Assembly: GCA_963695225.1 (NCBI GenBank)
Contig: OY968762.1
Span: forward strand, 576,001 to 640,000
Source: Vulcanimicrobiota bacterium
GTDB lineage: Bacteria > Vulcanimicrobiota > Vulcanimicrobiia > Vulcanimicrobiales > Vulcanimicrobiaceae
Length of the DNA: 64,000 nt
Direction of reading: 5' to 3'
Every line of letters starts with the position of its first letter. The stretch's first letter is position 1. Below, in pieces: positions 50,627 through 58,583 of the stretch. Under the pieces are notes generated by a model. The model had not been told where the DNA came from and ran no database searches. It was given only the letters and a program-made list of their open reading frames with translations. The translations under genes and the position numbers were made by a program.

Positions 50627-50655
50627 TTGACTGTATATCTGTTCTGATATAAAGT
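50627..50655 (+). promoter_or_regulatory. Sigma70 promoter with palindromic operator for the TA operon
   Basis: TTGACT-17 nt-TAAAGT with TATATC-N6-GATATA between; ATG 6 nt after the -10 suggests a leaderless mRNA. Confidence 0.7.
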
Positions 50656-50661
50656 GACCTC

Positions 50662-51013
50662 ATGGACGCGGAAGTCGTATGGGTCGGCTCAACCAGGGCG
50701 GACTTGGTAGCGGCTTCGGCTTCCGTTCGTCAAACGATGGGCTCAGCGATCCGCACCGCGCAGCAGGGCGGAATGTCCACCGATGCCGAGCCGATGAAGG
50801 GCGACCTCCGGGAGGTCATAGAGGTTCGCGACCGCGACGAGGACGGCATCTATCGCCTCATGCTACACGACAAGAATCGGCGACGTGGTTTACGTCCTCG
50901 ACTTCTTCCAGAAGAAAGGCGTCGCCGGAGGGGCGACGCCCAAAGTCGACCTGGACCGAATTCGCCTCCGCCTCAAAAGGGCAAGGGAACATCATCATGC
51001 AGCACGATCCTGA
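50662..51013 (+). pseudogene. RelE/HigB (Gp49-like) toxin with +1 frameshift near 50863
   Basis: Removing one C after ...GIYRLM restores YTTRIGDVVYVLDFFQKK...ATPKVDLDRIRLRLKRA, the typical family C-terminus. Confidence 0.8.
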
Positions 51014-51332
51014 CGTGACCTTCGAGCGCAGCTCGGGGAACGTCTTTGCCGACCTCGGCCTCGAGAACTCCGACGAGTTGCTCGTGAAGGCTGATCTCGC
51101 GCATGCAGTCATGGCGACGATCCGGGAACAGCACTGGACCCAGGTCGAGGCCGCAGCGCGCACCGGACTGACGCAGCCTGAGGTGTCCTTGCTTGGGCGG
51201 ATGAAACTGGATCGTTTCTCGCAAGAGCGCTTGCAGACGGTTCTGCGCCGGCTTGGCACGGATGTCGAGATCACCCTGCATCCGCGCGAGAACGGCGGGA
51301 TCGGCACCCTGAAGGTCCGCGACCTCGTCTAG
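50997..51332 (+). CDS. HigA-like XRE/HTH antitoxin
   Basis: SSGNVFADLG, KADL, WTQVEAA..TGLTQPEVS, FSQERL..LG.DVEI. Confidence 0.88.
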   Translation: MQHDPDVTFERSSGNVFADLGLENSDELLVKADLAHAVMATIREQHWTQVEAAARTGLTQPEVSLLGRMKLDRFSQERLQTVLRRLGTDVEITLHPRENGGIGTLKVRDLV

Positions 51333-51412
51333 GCGGCTCGCCGCGCAAACCCGCGGGCGCCCCTCGCGTGATAAACTCAGAGCGGGTGACAGCCTGCGAG
51401 CCTCGCAAGGGC

Positions 51413-51456
51413 AACCGCATGGCAGAGGGGGAGCGATCCGCCTCTGCCATGCGGTT
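51413..51456. repeat. 16-bp perfect inverted repeat
   Basis: AACCGCATGGCAGAGG / CCTCTGCCATGCGGTT with 12-nt loop. Confidence 0.85.
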
Positions 51457-51505
51457 CGGCCTCACGTGGCGGCACTTGACGCGCACAGCGTAGCGCTCGA
51501 AAGCG

Positions 51506-51538
51506 CGGTTGCCATTCGGTTGCCATCAATGGCAACCG
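51506..51538. repeat. Tandem plus inverted 10-mers, probable integrase arm-type sites
   Basis: CGGTTGCCAT at 51506 and 51517, inverted ATGGCAACCG at 51529, about 90 nt inside attR. Confidence 0.6.
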
Positions 51539-51721
51539 CCAGCGACTTTCGGTGACCAATTTGGCCCCGGTAAATTGCGATTTGACGAGGGAATCCGGTC
51601 ATCGGTGACCCTCGGTGACCGTAAGGCAGTGGGTTCAAATCCCACCTTCCCCACCAGTGCCGCAGTGCCGGGCTGTATCCCGGCCGGCTGCGCGGGCGAA
51701 CTCTTCCGCCGCTTCAGCGCC

Positions 51722-51901
51722 TCACTCGTGCGACTTCGAGATCATCTCGAACATCTTGATGTTGATCAGGATGAAGCGCACGATCTGCCAAGGCACGAAC
51801 GTCCTGAGGGCTTTCGTTCGGGGCGTCGGCTGCGGAGCAAACAATCCTTCGCTCTGCGGCCCCGCGGGATCTCTGTCGGTCTCCGGCATCATGTTTTTCA
51901 T
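51722..51901 (-). CDS. Small protein coupled to sqr
   Basis: ATGA overlap with sqr stop; amphipathic RTFVPWQIVRFILINIKMFEMISKSH. Confidence 0.7.
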   Translation of the reverse strand: MKNMMPETDRDPAGPQSEGLFAPQPTPRTKALRTFVPWQIVRFILINIKMFEMISKSHE

Positions 51902-53349
51902 TCTGGAATGAACGTCCAACCCGGCATTGCTTTGGCTTTGTAGAGAAACGCGTGGTGCAAGATGCGTTTGATCCAGTGCGCACCAAGACCGATCTCACCG
52001 AACGTGAAGCGCAGGTCGCGCCCGTGCTCCGGAAACCGCGCGTAGTCCGGTACGATCGGGTACATCGTCATCGCCGCCGCCGTCCCGCCGAGAAGGCTCG
52101 CGCCGGCAGAAGCAACGCAGGCTGCGCCCATCCGCGCCATCGACGCGTGATGCGCCGTACTCAGGCTCCCGCGCTCGATCATCTCGGCGATGCTGCGAGC
52201 GACCGTCAGGCCCATGACGCCGGAGGGCATCCCGGTGCGCGGCGGCGACGGCACGATCGGCGTGCCGTTCGGGCTCTTGTAGGGTTTCGAGATCTGGTGA
52301 GGGGGCGCGAACGCGATGCCGATCGCGAAAACGTTGGGGAAATGCGGCGTTTGGTATGAGGACGGCCAGTCAGCCGCCTTCCACTCCTCGAACGGTTTCG
52401 CGGTGTAATCGGCGTCGACTCGCATGAACCCGCTCGGCGCGAACAGGTCGGCCGTGATCTCGGTTCCGCCGCGGTTGAACGCACGCAAGCCGACGCCGCC
52501 GAACGGCGGCAGGAGCATCGCGAAATCGAAGCGCTGGGTGCGATGCTCGCCGTCGAGTGTCTCGTAGTGCACCTCCCCCGGATCGACGCGCTCGACGTGA
52601 GCGCGCGTGATCCAGCGAATGCCACGTTCCGTGTAGAGCGATTCCGCCCACAGCTTGCTGTGCGTGAAATAGCCGTTCACCTGCATGTGCAGCCCTGCGA
52701 CGCCGAAATCCCCGAGTTCGTGTTCGTTCGAGATGTAGATGATGTCCGCGAGCTGACGGACGCCGCGCTGACGCAGTTCGTATTCCACGTTGAATACGTA
52801 CTCGAACGCGGCGCCCTCGCAGGTGCAAAGCCCGTGGCTCGTGCCGATCAGAAGCGTCTGCCGTTCACCGCCGCGCATCCGCTGGATCGATGCATCCAAG
52901 GCGCGCGAGGCCTCGTCGGCGTGCCCGTACGTGCAGACCGAGAGACTGTTCTTGCCCGGCCCGAGGCCTTCGACCGCGGCGAAATTCAGCTTCGGTCCGG
53001 TCGCATTCACCAAGAAGTCGTATGGAATGCGCTCCGTCCGCGCCTGCCCGCTCGTATGCTCGACCTCCACGAACGGTGTCGCACTCTGCGCATCGCCTTC
53101 CGGATAGATGCGGAGCGCCTTGGCCTGGACGAACGTGATCCCGAGCTTGCGGTAGACGGGAGCGAGGGGAAAGGTCACGTCCTCGCCGCGCATGAGGCCG
53201 ACGCCGACCCAAATGTTCGACGGGATCCAGTTCCATTTGCTGTTCGGCGAGACGACGATGACCTCGTGGCGCCGGTGCAGCCGTTCGCGCAGCCGCGTCG
53301 CAGCCGTATGCCCAGATATCCCGGCGCCGAGAATGACGACCCGACTCAT
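51898..53349 (-). CDS. sqr: Sulfide:quinone oxidoreductase
   Basis: GAGISG, WIPSNIWV, NATGP, SVCT, CTCEGAAFEY, PPRTG, GAACVASAG. Confidence 0.88.
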   Translation of the reverse strand: MSRVVILGAGISGHTAATRLRERLHRRHEVIVVSPNSKWNWIPSNIWVGVGLMRGEDVTFPLAPVYRKLGITFVQAKALRIYPEGDAQSATPFVEVEHTSGQARTERIPYDFLVNATGPKLNFAAVEGLGPGKNSLSVCTYGHADEASRALDASIQRMRGGERQTLLIGTSHGLCTCEGAAFEYVFNVEYELRQRGVRQLADIIYISNEHELGDFGVAGLHMQVNGYFTHSKLWAESLYTERGIRWITRAHVERVDPGEVHYETLDGEHRTQRFDFAMLLPPFGGVGLRAFNRGGTEITADLFAPSGFMRVDADYTAKPFEEWKAADWPSSYQTPHFPNVFAIGIAFAPPHQISKPYKSPNGTPIVPSPPRTGMPSGVMGLTVARSIAEMIERGSLSTAHHASMARMGAACVASAGASLLGGTAAAMTMYPIVPDYARFPEHGRDLRFTFGEIGLGAHWIKRILHHAFLYKAKAMPGWTFIPE

Positions 53350-53431
53350 GAGAGCAAGCTGCGCTCCTTTTGGGGAAAAGGTTTCTGCTGTCGGACGAGG
53401 AGCCGAAACAAAGCTCGCCCGGCCCAGGCGC

Positions 53432-53455
53432 CTAGTATACCCCCTAGGGTACTAG
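53432..53455 (-). promoter_or_regulatory. CsoR/CstR-type operator overlapping the sqr -10
   Basis: TACCC-CCTA-GGGTA (53438-53451) within CTAGTA...TACTAG; minus-strand TATACT at 53434-53439. Confidence 0.65.
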
Positions 53456-53602
53456 AAAGCCAGGGCTTCTGCGAAACGCCTCTTTATGCGAATCCCCAAT
53501 CCGCGCAGGCCGCCCGGTCACATCGCCGGCCGGGAACGCCGCTCGAGGCGCCGGTTGCGCGGCTGCAGGACGGATCGGCGCGGCAGTCGCCGGCCGCGTG
53601 CG

Positions 53603-53827
53603 TCAGCCGCGCGCTTCGCGGATCCCCCGGCCGTTGAGCGGTAACCCGAATACGGGGCCGAGCAGGCACAAATCGAAAGCGCCGGCGGCGATCGGGACGA
53701 GGCCGACGATCGCAAGGACGGTCCCGCCGGTCGAATGCATCGCGTAACCCCAGGCGACGAGTGCAGCGCCGACGGCGACGCGAGCGAGGCGCCCTGCGGG
53801 GCTCGACATGAACTTAGCGATAGGCAC
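53603..53827 (-). CDS. DUF2892 (YgaP-like) membrane protein
   Basis: FMSS.AGR..R..VG...GLVP..AG.FD.CLL.P.FG; AAGGAG SD. Confidence 0.8.
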   Translation of the reverse strand: MPIAKFMSSPAGRLARVAVGAALVAWGYAMHSTGGTVLAIVGLVPIAAGAFDLCLLGPVFGLPLNGRGIREARG

Positions 53828-53829
53828 GA

Positions 53830-54228
53830 TCAGGTTCTCCTTGCGCTACTGCGCGCTGGGCGTGGTTTCAAACAGGCTTCGCAGGAACCGGTGACGAGCA
53901 AGCCGCGACGGACGAGATTCTCGCCGAGTTGCGCTTGCAAATCTTCGAAGATCGCATCGGAGACGAGGATGTCGCGAATGCCGCCGCACTTCGTGCAGTG
54001 GAAGTGATCGTGCGGTGCGAGGTTCGCATCGAGCGTCGTACCGCCGGCGAGCGTCGGCCCGCGGGCGATCTCGCCGGCCTCGGCGAGGCGGTTCGTGATT
54101 CGATGGACGGTCGTCGCCGTGAGCTCGGGGAACGCCGGAAGGAGGCACTGCAGGAGTTCGCTATTGGCCGCATGCCCGAGGCGGCGAACCCAGTGGAGCA
54201 CGGCACGCGTTTGTGGCGTCAGCCGCAT
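53830..54228 (-). CDS. Fur/PerR-family metalloregulator
   Basis: MRLTPQ, H(A)AN, TVHR..L..G, HDHFHCTKCG, CEAC. Confidence 0.85.
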   Translation of the reverse strand: MRLTPQTRAVLHWVRRLGHAANSELLQCLLPAFPELTATTVHRITNRLAEAGEIARGPTLAGGTTLDANLAPHDHFHCTKCGGIRDILVSDAIFEDLQAQLGENLVRRGLLVTGSCEACLKPRPARSSARRT

Positions 54229-54234
54229 GCGCAC

Positions 54235-54273
54235 AGTTTACAGCAAACTATTTACAACTGTCAATCATTTACA
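54235..54273 (-). promoter_or_regulatory. Promoter of the Fur-family gene with 7-1-7 box
   Basis: Minus-strand TTGACA-18 nt-TAAACT, ATG 6 nt later; TGTCAAT-C-ATTTACA palindrome covers the -35. Confidence 0.65.
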
Positions 54274-54298
54274 CATGCAACGATACGCAGCGGAGCGG

Positions 54299-54892
54299 TC
54301 AGCCGGCGTTCGGGGTGACGACGAGGGCGTAGTGATACGGAAAGCTCGACACTCCGATGTCGATCAGGCCGCTTTCCCGAAGGCGGCGGCGAGCCTCTTC
54401 GACTCCATAGACATGCTCGCGCGGCGGGCCGTGCGGCCGTTCGGCGTCGGCGTTCCAATCGACGACGAGCGCCTTCCCCCCGCTAGCCAACAGACCCCGC
54501 AGTTCGGCGAGCGAGGCGTCACCGAGTTCGTGCAGCACGTTGAGCGCGAGGACGCGGTCGACGCGGCCCTTCAGCTGGGCGAGTTCGGCCGGCTCGATCG
54601 GCGTCACGTTCGCAACGTCGCTCTTCGTAAGCTTCTCCCGCAGGTACGCGAGCATCGCTTCGCTCTCGTCAAGCGCGTACACGAAGGCGGCGGGGCGGGC
54701 CCGTGCGATCTCGATCGCGTAGGCGCCGGTTCCGGCGCCAAAATCGACGAGCGTGGCGCCTTCCGCAAGGTCAAGCAGCGCCAGTAGCGCCGCCGGCGGA
54801 ACGTATTCAAAGCGTGCCGGGTCATCGAGCCGCGCCGCGCGACCCGGATCGAATCGCTCGGGCTGTTTCGCACCGTGCCGATCGTCGTGCAT
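54299..54892 (-). CDS. Class I SAM-dependent methyltransferase
   Basis: VDFGAGTG, YALDES..ML, NVLHE, GG...VDW, GPP. Confidence 0.85.
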   Translation of the reverse strand: MHDDRHGAKQPERFDPGRAARLDDPARFEYVPPAALLALLDLAEGATLVDFGAGTGAYAIEIARARPAAFVYALDESEAMLAYLREKLTKSDVANVTPIEPAELAQLKGRVDRVLALNVLHELGDASLAELRGLLASGGKALVVDWNADAERPHGPPREHVYGVEEARRRLRESGLIDIGVSSFPYHYALVVTPNAG

Positions 54893-55089
54893 GAAATGAG
54901 AGCCTCCCATAGACGTCCGCCGCCCTTGCTTCACGGTGCCGTTGCGTCGTTCTTCCAAGACCTCCGCACGGCCGCCGTGAAGCAGCGCCGAGTGCCTACG
55001 TGCTTCGATCCCATAGCCGTCCGCGCCGAAGGATCGCGCGGGGCTCGCCGGAACGAGTTTCCCATTCTGGCCAAGGAACAACGGTGACG

Positions 55090-55503
55090 ATGGACGCTTG
55101 GCACCGGATCGCCGGGCTCGTACGATGCCTCATCACGGCGCTCGCGCTCGCGGCAGCGATCGCGGCGGTACCGGCCCAAGCCGACGAGCTAGTCATGTTC
55201 CAACTCAAAGGCTGCCCATATTGCCGCGCCTGGAATACCGACGTCGGCCGCATTTACGCGAAGACCGACGAGGCGAAACGGCTGCCGCTGCGCCGCATCG
55301 ACCTCCTCGCCCAGCGGCCGCCGGAATTGCGCACGATCGCACCGATTCGCTACACGCCGACGTTCATCGTCATGCACTGCGGCCAGGAAATTCGTCGCAT
55401 CGAAGGTTACCGCAGCCCGGATCAATTTTGGGGGCTCCTCGACAGCGCGATCGCCGCCATCGACGAGGCGCGCCCGCAGGAGCGCGCAGCCTGCCCGAAA
55501 TGA
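55090..55503 (+). CDS. soxS: SoxS-like exported thioredoxin
   Basis: Signal peptide, ELVMF...GCPYCRAW, Y.KT.E....LRR.D, YTPTF, RIEGY...FW. Confidence 0.8.
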   Translation: MDAWHRIAGLVRCLITALALAAAIAAVPAQADELVMFQLKGCPYCRAWNTDVGRIYAKTDEAKRLPLRRIDLLAQRPPELRTIAPIRYTPTFIVMHCGQEIRRIEGYRSPDQFWGLLDSAIAAIDEARPQERAACPK

Positions 55504-55727
55504 ACGCCGGAGCAGCTTCTTCTCGAATTGTGATGCCGCGCATCACTAAATTTGAACTCAAAGCACGAGCAAGCACGCAGCGCAGATTCGGCGCGTAAAC
55601 GCTTCGCAAGCAGCGGAGGAAAACGCGGTGACACGGCGGAACGAACCGCGCCCATACTGCTAGCGATCGGCCGTTCGTTACGAACGGTGCGCCGCAATTA
55701 GCTTACTCAAGTTCGCGTGGGTGCTGC

Positions 55728-57074
55728 ATGGGCGATTTGACTCGGCGTGATCTCATCAAGCTCGGCGGATTCGCCGCGGCATCGACGGCGGTAGCGGCGG
55801 CAAGCGTCAGCCCGCCCGCCGCCGTCGCCTCCCCGACAGGTCCCATGGTCAACATGGATCGGCAAGCCCGGCTGCCGAAGGCAAAGGGGCCAAGGCTCGT
55901 CGTCGTCGGCGCCGGCACCTCGGGCCTCACGATCGCGAAGTACGCGAAGCGCGAGTATCCGAAGTTCGACGTCGTTCTCGTCGAGAAGCGCGATATGTAC
56001 TCATCGTGCTTCACGAGCAACTTATGGTACGCCGATCTGATCGATCTCGAGTTTCTCGCGGATCACAGCTTCCTCGACGCCGCGGTGAACAACAATTACA
56101 CGTTCTTCAGCGCAGCCGCCATCGGCCTCGACCGTGCGAGCCGTAAGCTCTACACGACCGAAGGCGCAATCGACTACGACTTCCTGGTTCTCTCGCCGGG
56201 CCTCGACTACGACTACAAGCGCATCGGCGTCAACGATCCGGAAACCGAGTACGCCCTGCGCGACGCCTATCCGGGCGGATTCATGAGGCCGACCGAACAC
56301 GTGACTATTCGAAAGAAAGTTCGCGGGTTCGAAGGCGGCGTGTTCGTGCAAACCGTCCCGGGCGGCAATTACCGCTGCCTGCCGGCTCCCTACGAGCGCG
56401 CCTGCATGATCGCGTCCTTCTTCAAGAAGAATAAGATCAAGGGAAAGGTGCTCGTCCTCGACGAGAACCCGGAGATCACGATCAAGGCGAAGGGCTTCCA
56501 CGCGGCCTTCAACGAGCTCTACAAAGACATCATCGTCTACAAGTCGTCGGTGCAGATCAAGGGCGTCGATCCTCAGAAAAAACTCATCCAGACCGATTTC
56601 GACTCGATTGCCTTCGACGACGCTGCGATCTACCCGGGCGTGCGCGCCTCGACGCTGATCGAATACTTCGGCCTGTCGGATCCCAACAGCCTACAGAAAG
56701 AAGCCGCCATCGATCCGTTCAAGTACAACGTGATCGGCGACGAACGCGTCTACGTTACCGGGGATTCACGTCCGCATCCGTATTCGAAGAGTGCGAACAC
56801 ATCGAACAGCGAAGGCAAGTACGTCGCGAAAGTGCTCGCGGCGCGGGCGCAGGGCAAAGACATCAACTGGTACACGCCCGAGACGCTCTGTTACTCGATG
56901 GTGAACGCCTCGCCGATGGAGGCCATCTCGGTCGATGCCTTCTACGCCTATGACCCGCAGACCAAGTCATTCAGCTTCTCAAAGGATACCAAAGTCTACG
57001 ATACGCGGGATCAGGCGCAGGGCCGAGCCACGCTCGAATGGGCGAAGGGCATCCAGCGAGACATCTTGACCTGA
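55728..57074 (+). CDS. fccB: Flavocytochrome c sulfide dehydrogenase flavoprotein (FccB/SoxF), Tat-exported
   Basis: TRRDLIK Tat motif, GAGTSG, YSSCFTSN, YRCLPAPYERA, PYSKS, CYSMV. Confidence 0.85.
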   Translation: MGDLTRRDLIKLGGFAAASTAVAAASVSPPAAVASPTGPMVNMDRQARLPKAKGPRLVVVGAGTSGLTIAKYAKREYPKFDVVLVEKRDMYSSCFTSNLWYADLIDLEFLADHSFLDAAVNNNYTFFSAAAIGLDRASRKLYTTEGAIDYDFLVLSPGLDYDYKRIGVNDPETEYALRDAYPGGFMRPTEHVTIRKKVRGFEGGVFVQTVPGGNYRCLPAPYERACMIASFFKKNKIKGKVLVLDENPEITIKAKGFHAAFNELYKDIIVYKSSVQIKGVDPQKKLIQTDFDSIAFDDAAIYPGVRASTLIEYFGLSDPNSLQKEAAIDPFKYNVIGDERVYVTGDSRPHPYSKSANTSNSEGKYVAKVLAARAQGKDINWYTPETLCYSMVNASPMEAISVDAFYAYDPQTKSFSFSKDTKVYDTRDQAQGRATLEWAKGIQRDILT

Positions 57075-57736
57075 TGCGGCGAGGATCTTTCGTCACGCTA
57101 TGCGGCGGCGCGCTCGGCGCAGCGCAGCTCGCCGGCCGCCTCACCGCGGCGGCGAGCGCGGCCGAGCTCAAAGAGTTCGGCCGCGTCAAGCTCGTCGACG
57201 CGGCGGGAAACGGCCTGCGAGCCAAGAGTCTGATCACGTCCGAGGCGTACGTTTTCCACTACCCGTATAACGCGACGCCCTGTTTTCTGATCAACCTCGG
57301 GAGAAAAACCGGCAGCGGCGTCGGTCCGAACGGCGGGATCGTCGCCTTTACGGCAATCTGCGCGCACCAACTCTCCTACCCGTCGAAAGATGTCAGCCCG
57401 ATCACCTACGCACCGGAGCACAGTCGCGTCACGGGGCGCGCAGGGGTCATCGTCTGCTGCGCCCACTTGAGCGTCTACGATCCGGCCCAAAACGGCCAGG
57501 TTGTCTCCGGACCGGCGCCGGAGCCGCTGACGGTCATCGCACTCGATTACAACGCGCCGACCGACGAGCTCTACGCTAAGGGCGTGATCGGAAGCGACCG
57601 CTTCGACGACTTTTTCAAGGCCTACAAAGACGATCTCATCGCGGCGCTGGGCCCGGGCGTGCCGCACCGGCTCGTCTCCGACACCTCGACGGCGGTGCCT
57701 CTGAGCAAATTCACGAGCCAGCCGTTGCACTGCTAG
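57074..57736 (+). CDS. Tat-exported Rieske [2Fe-2S] protein
   Basis: MRRGSF Tat-like signal, AICAHQ and CCAH.SVYDP...GPAP.PL; TGATG overlap with fccB. Confidence 0.85.
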   Translation: MRRGSFVTLCGGALGAAQLAGRLTAAASAAELKEFGRVKLVDAAGNGLRAKSLITSEAYVFHYPYNATPCFLINLGRKTGSGVGPNGGIVAFTAICAHQLSYPSKDVSPITYAPEHSRVTGRAGVIVCCAHLSVYDPAQNGQVVSGPAPEPLTVIALDYNAPTDELYAKGVIGSDRFDDFFKAYKDDLIAALGPGVPHRLVSDTSTAVPLSKFTSQPLHC

Positions 57737-57765
57737 CCACGCCGGAACGTTGACGGGGAATTAAG

Positions 57766-58095
57766 ATGAGCAATAAGGTCGAGACGCATTTCAAAGTCCC
57801 GAGCACCGCCCAAAAGGGCGACGTGATCGAGATCAAGACGCTCGCCACGCACCCGATGGTCTCGGGACAAACGAAGGATAAGGACGGAAAGACGATCCCG
57901 CGCGAGATCATCAACACGTTTACCTGTGCCTACAACGGCAAACAGGTATTCAAGATGACGCTCGAGCCGGCGATTTCGATGAATCCGTACATCGCTTTCA
58001 CCATCAAGGCCACTGAAAGCGGCACGCTCGACTTCGCCTGGACCGACGACGACGGCTCGGTATACAAGGATCAGGCAAAGATCACCGTTTCTTGA
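57766..58095 (+). CDS. soxZ: Sulfur carrier complex subunit SoxZ
   Basis: IKTLATHPMVSG..KD..G..IP, AISMNPY, WTDD. Confidence 0.93.
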   Translation: MSNKVETHFKVPSTAQKGDVIEIKTLATHPMVSGQTKDKDGKTIPREIINTFTCAYNGKQVFKMTLEPAISMNPYIAFTIKATESGTLDFAWTDDDGSVYKDQAKITVS

Positions 58096-58103
58096 GGAGT
58101 TCC

Positions 58104-58583
58104 ATGACCGCAGACACACATGCCGGGAGGCCGCTGAGCCGGCGCAGTTTGATCGCATCGGCAGGCGCCGGCGGATGCGTCGCGCTCGCAGCGTGGCTGC
58201 TCCCGCTCCGCGCGAGCGCAACGCCGGAGCAGGCCGAGAAGCTCATCGCATCCTTCGGAACCGGAACGCCGAAAGAGGGCAAAGTGACGCTCGGCGCCCC
58301 CGAGATCGCAGAGAACGGGGCTTCCGTCCCGATCACCATCTCGGTCGATAGTCCGATGACCGACCAAGATTACGTTTCCTCGATCCTCGTGGTGGCGGAC
58401 GGCAACCCCCTTCCGGGCGTTGCGCGCTTCGAGCTCTCGCCCGCAAACGGGGCGGCGAAAGTCGAGATTCGCATTCGCCTCGCTCAGACGCAGACGGTCA
58501 CTGCGGTCGCCGCGATGAACGACGGCTCGCTCTGGAAGGCCTCGAAGACCGTCAAGGTGACCATCGGCGGCTGCGGCGGCTGA
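58104..58583 (+). CDS. soxY: Sulfur carrier SoxY
   Basis: SRRSL Tat motif, PEIAENG..VP, NPLP, C-terminal VKVTIGGCGG. Confidence 0.95.
   Translation: MTADTHAGRPLSRRSLIASAGAGGCVALAAWLLPLRASATPEQAEKLIASFGTGTPKEGKVTLGAPEIAENGASVPITISVDSPMTDQDYVSSILVVADGNPLPGVARFELSPANGAAKVEIRIRLAQTQTVTAVAAMNDGSLWKASKTVKVTIGGCGG

Larger units (their letters stand above)
50554..51653. mobile_element. Minimal tRNA-Leu-integrated islet (attL 50554-50578, attR 51629-51653), no integrase
   Basis: Perfect 25-bp direct repeat GTGGGTTCAAATCCCACCTTCCCCA equal to the tRNA 3' end; TA pair inside. Confidence 0.85.

Noticed and set aside
50679..51332. 217-aa ORF as a toxin-antitoxin fusion
   Set aside because: The upstream part is in neither toxin frame; the antitoxin starts at ATG 50997
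51500..51625. Short repeats considered as a CRISPR array
   Set aside because: Units are 9-10 bp with no regular spacers and no cas genes; no CRISPR array was seen in the window
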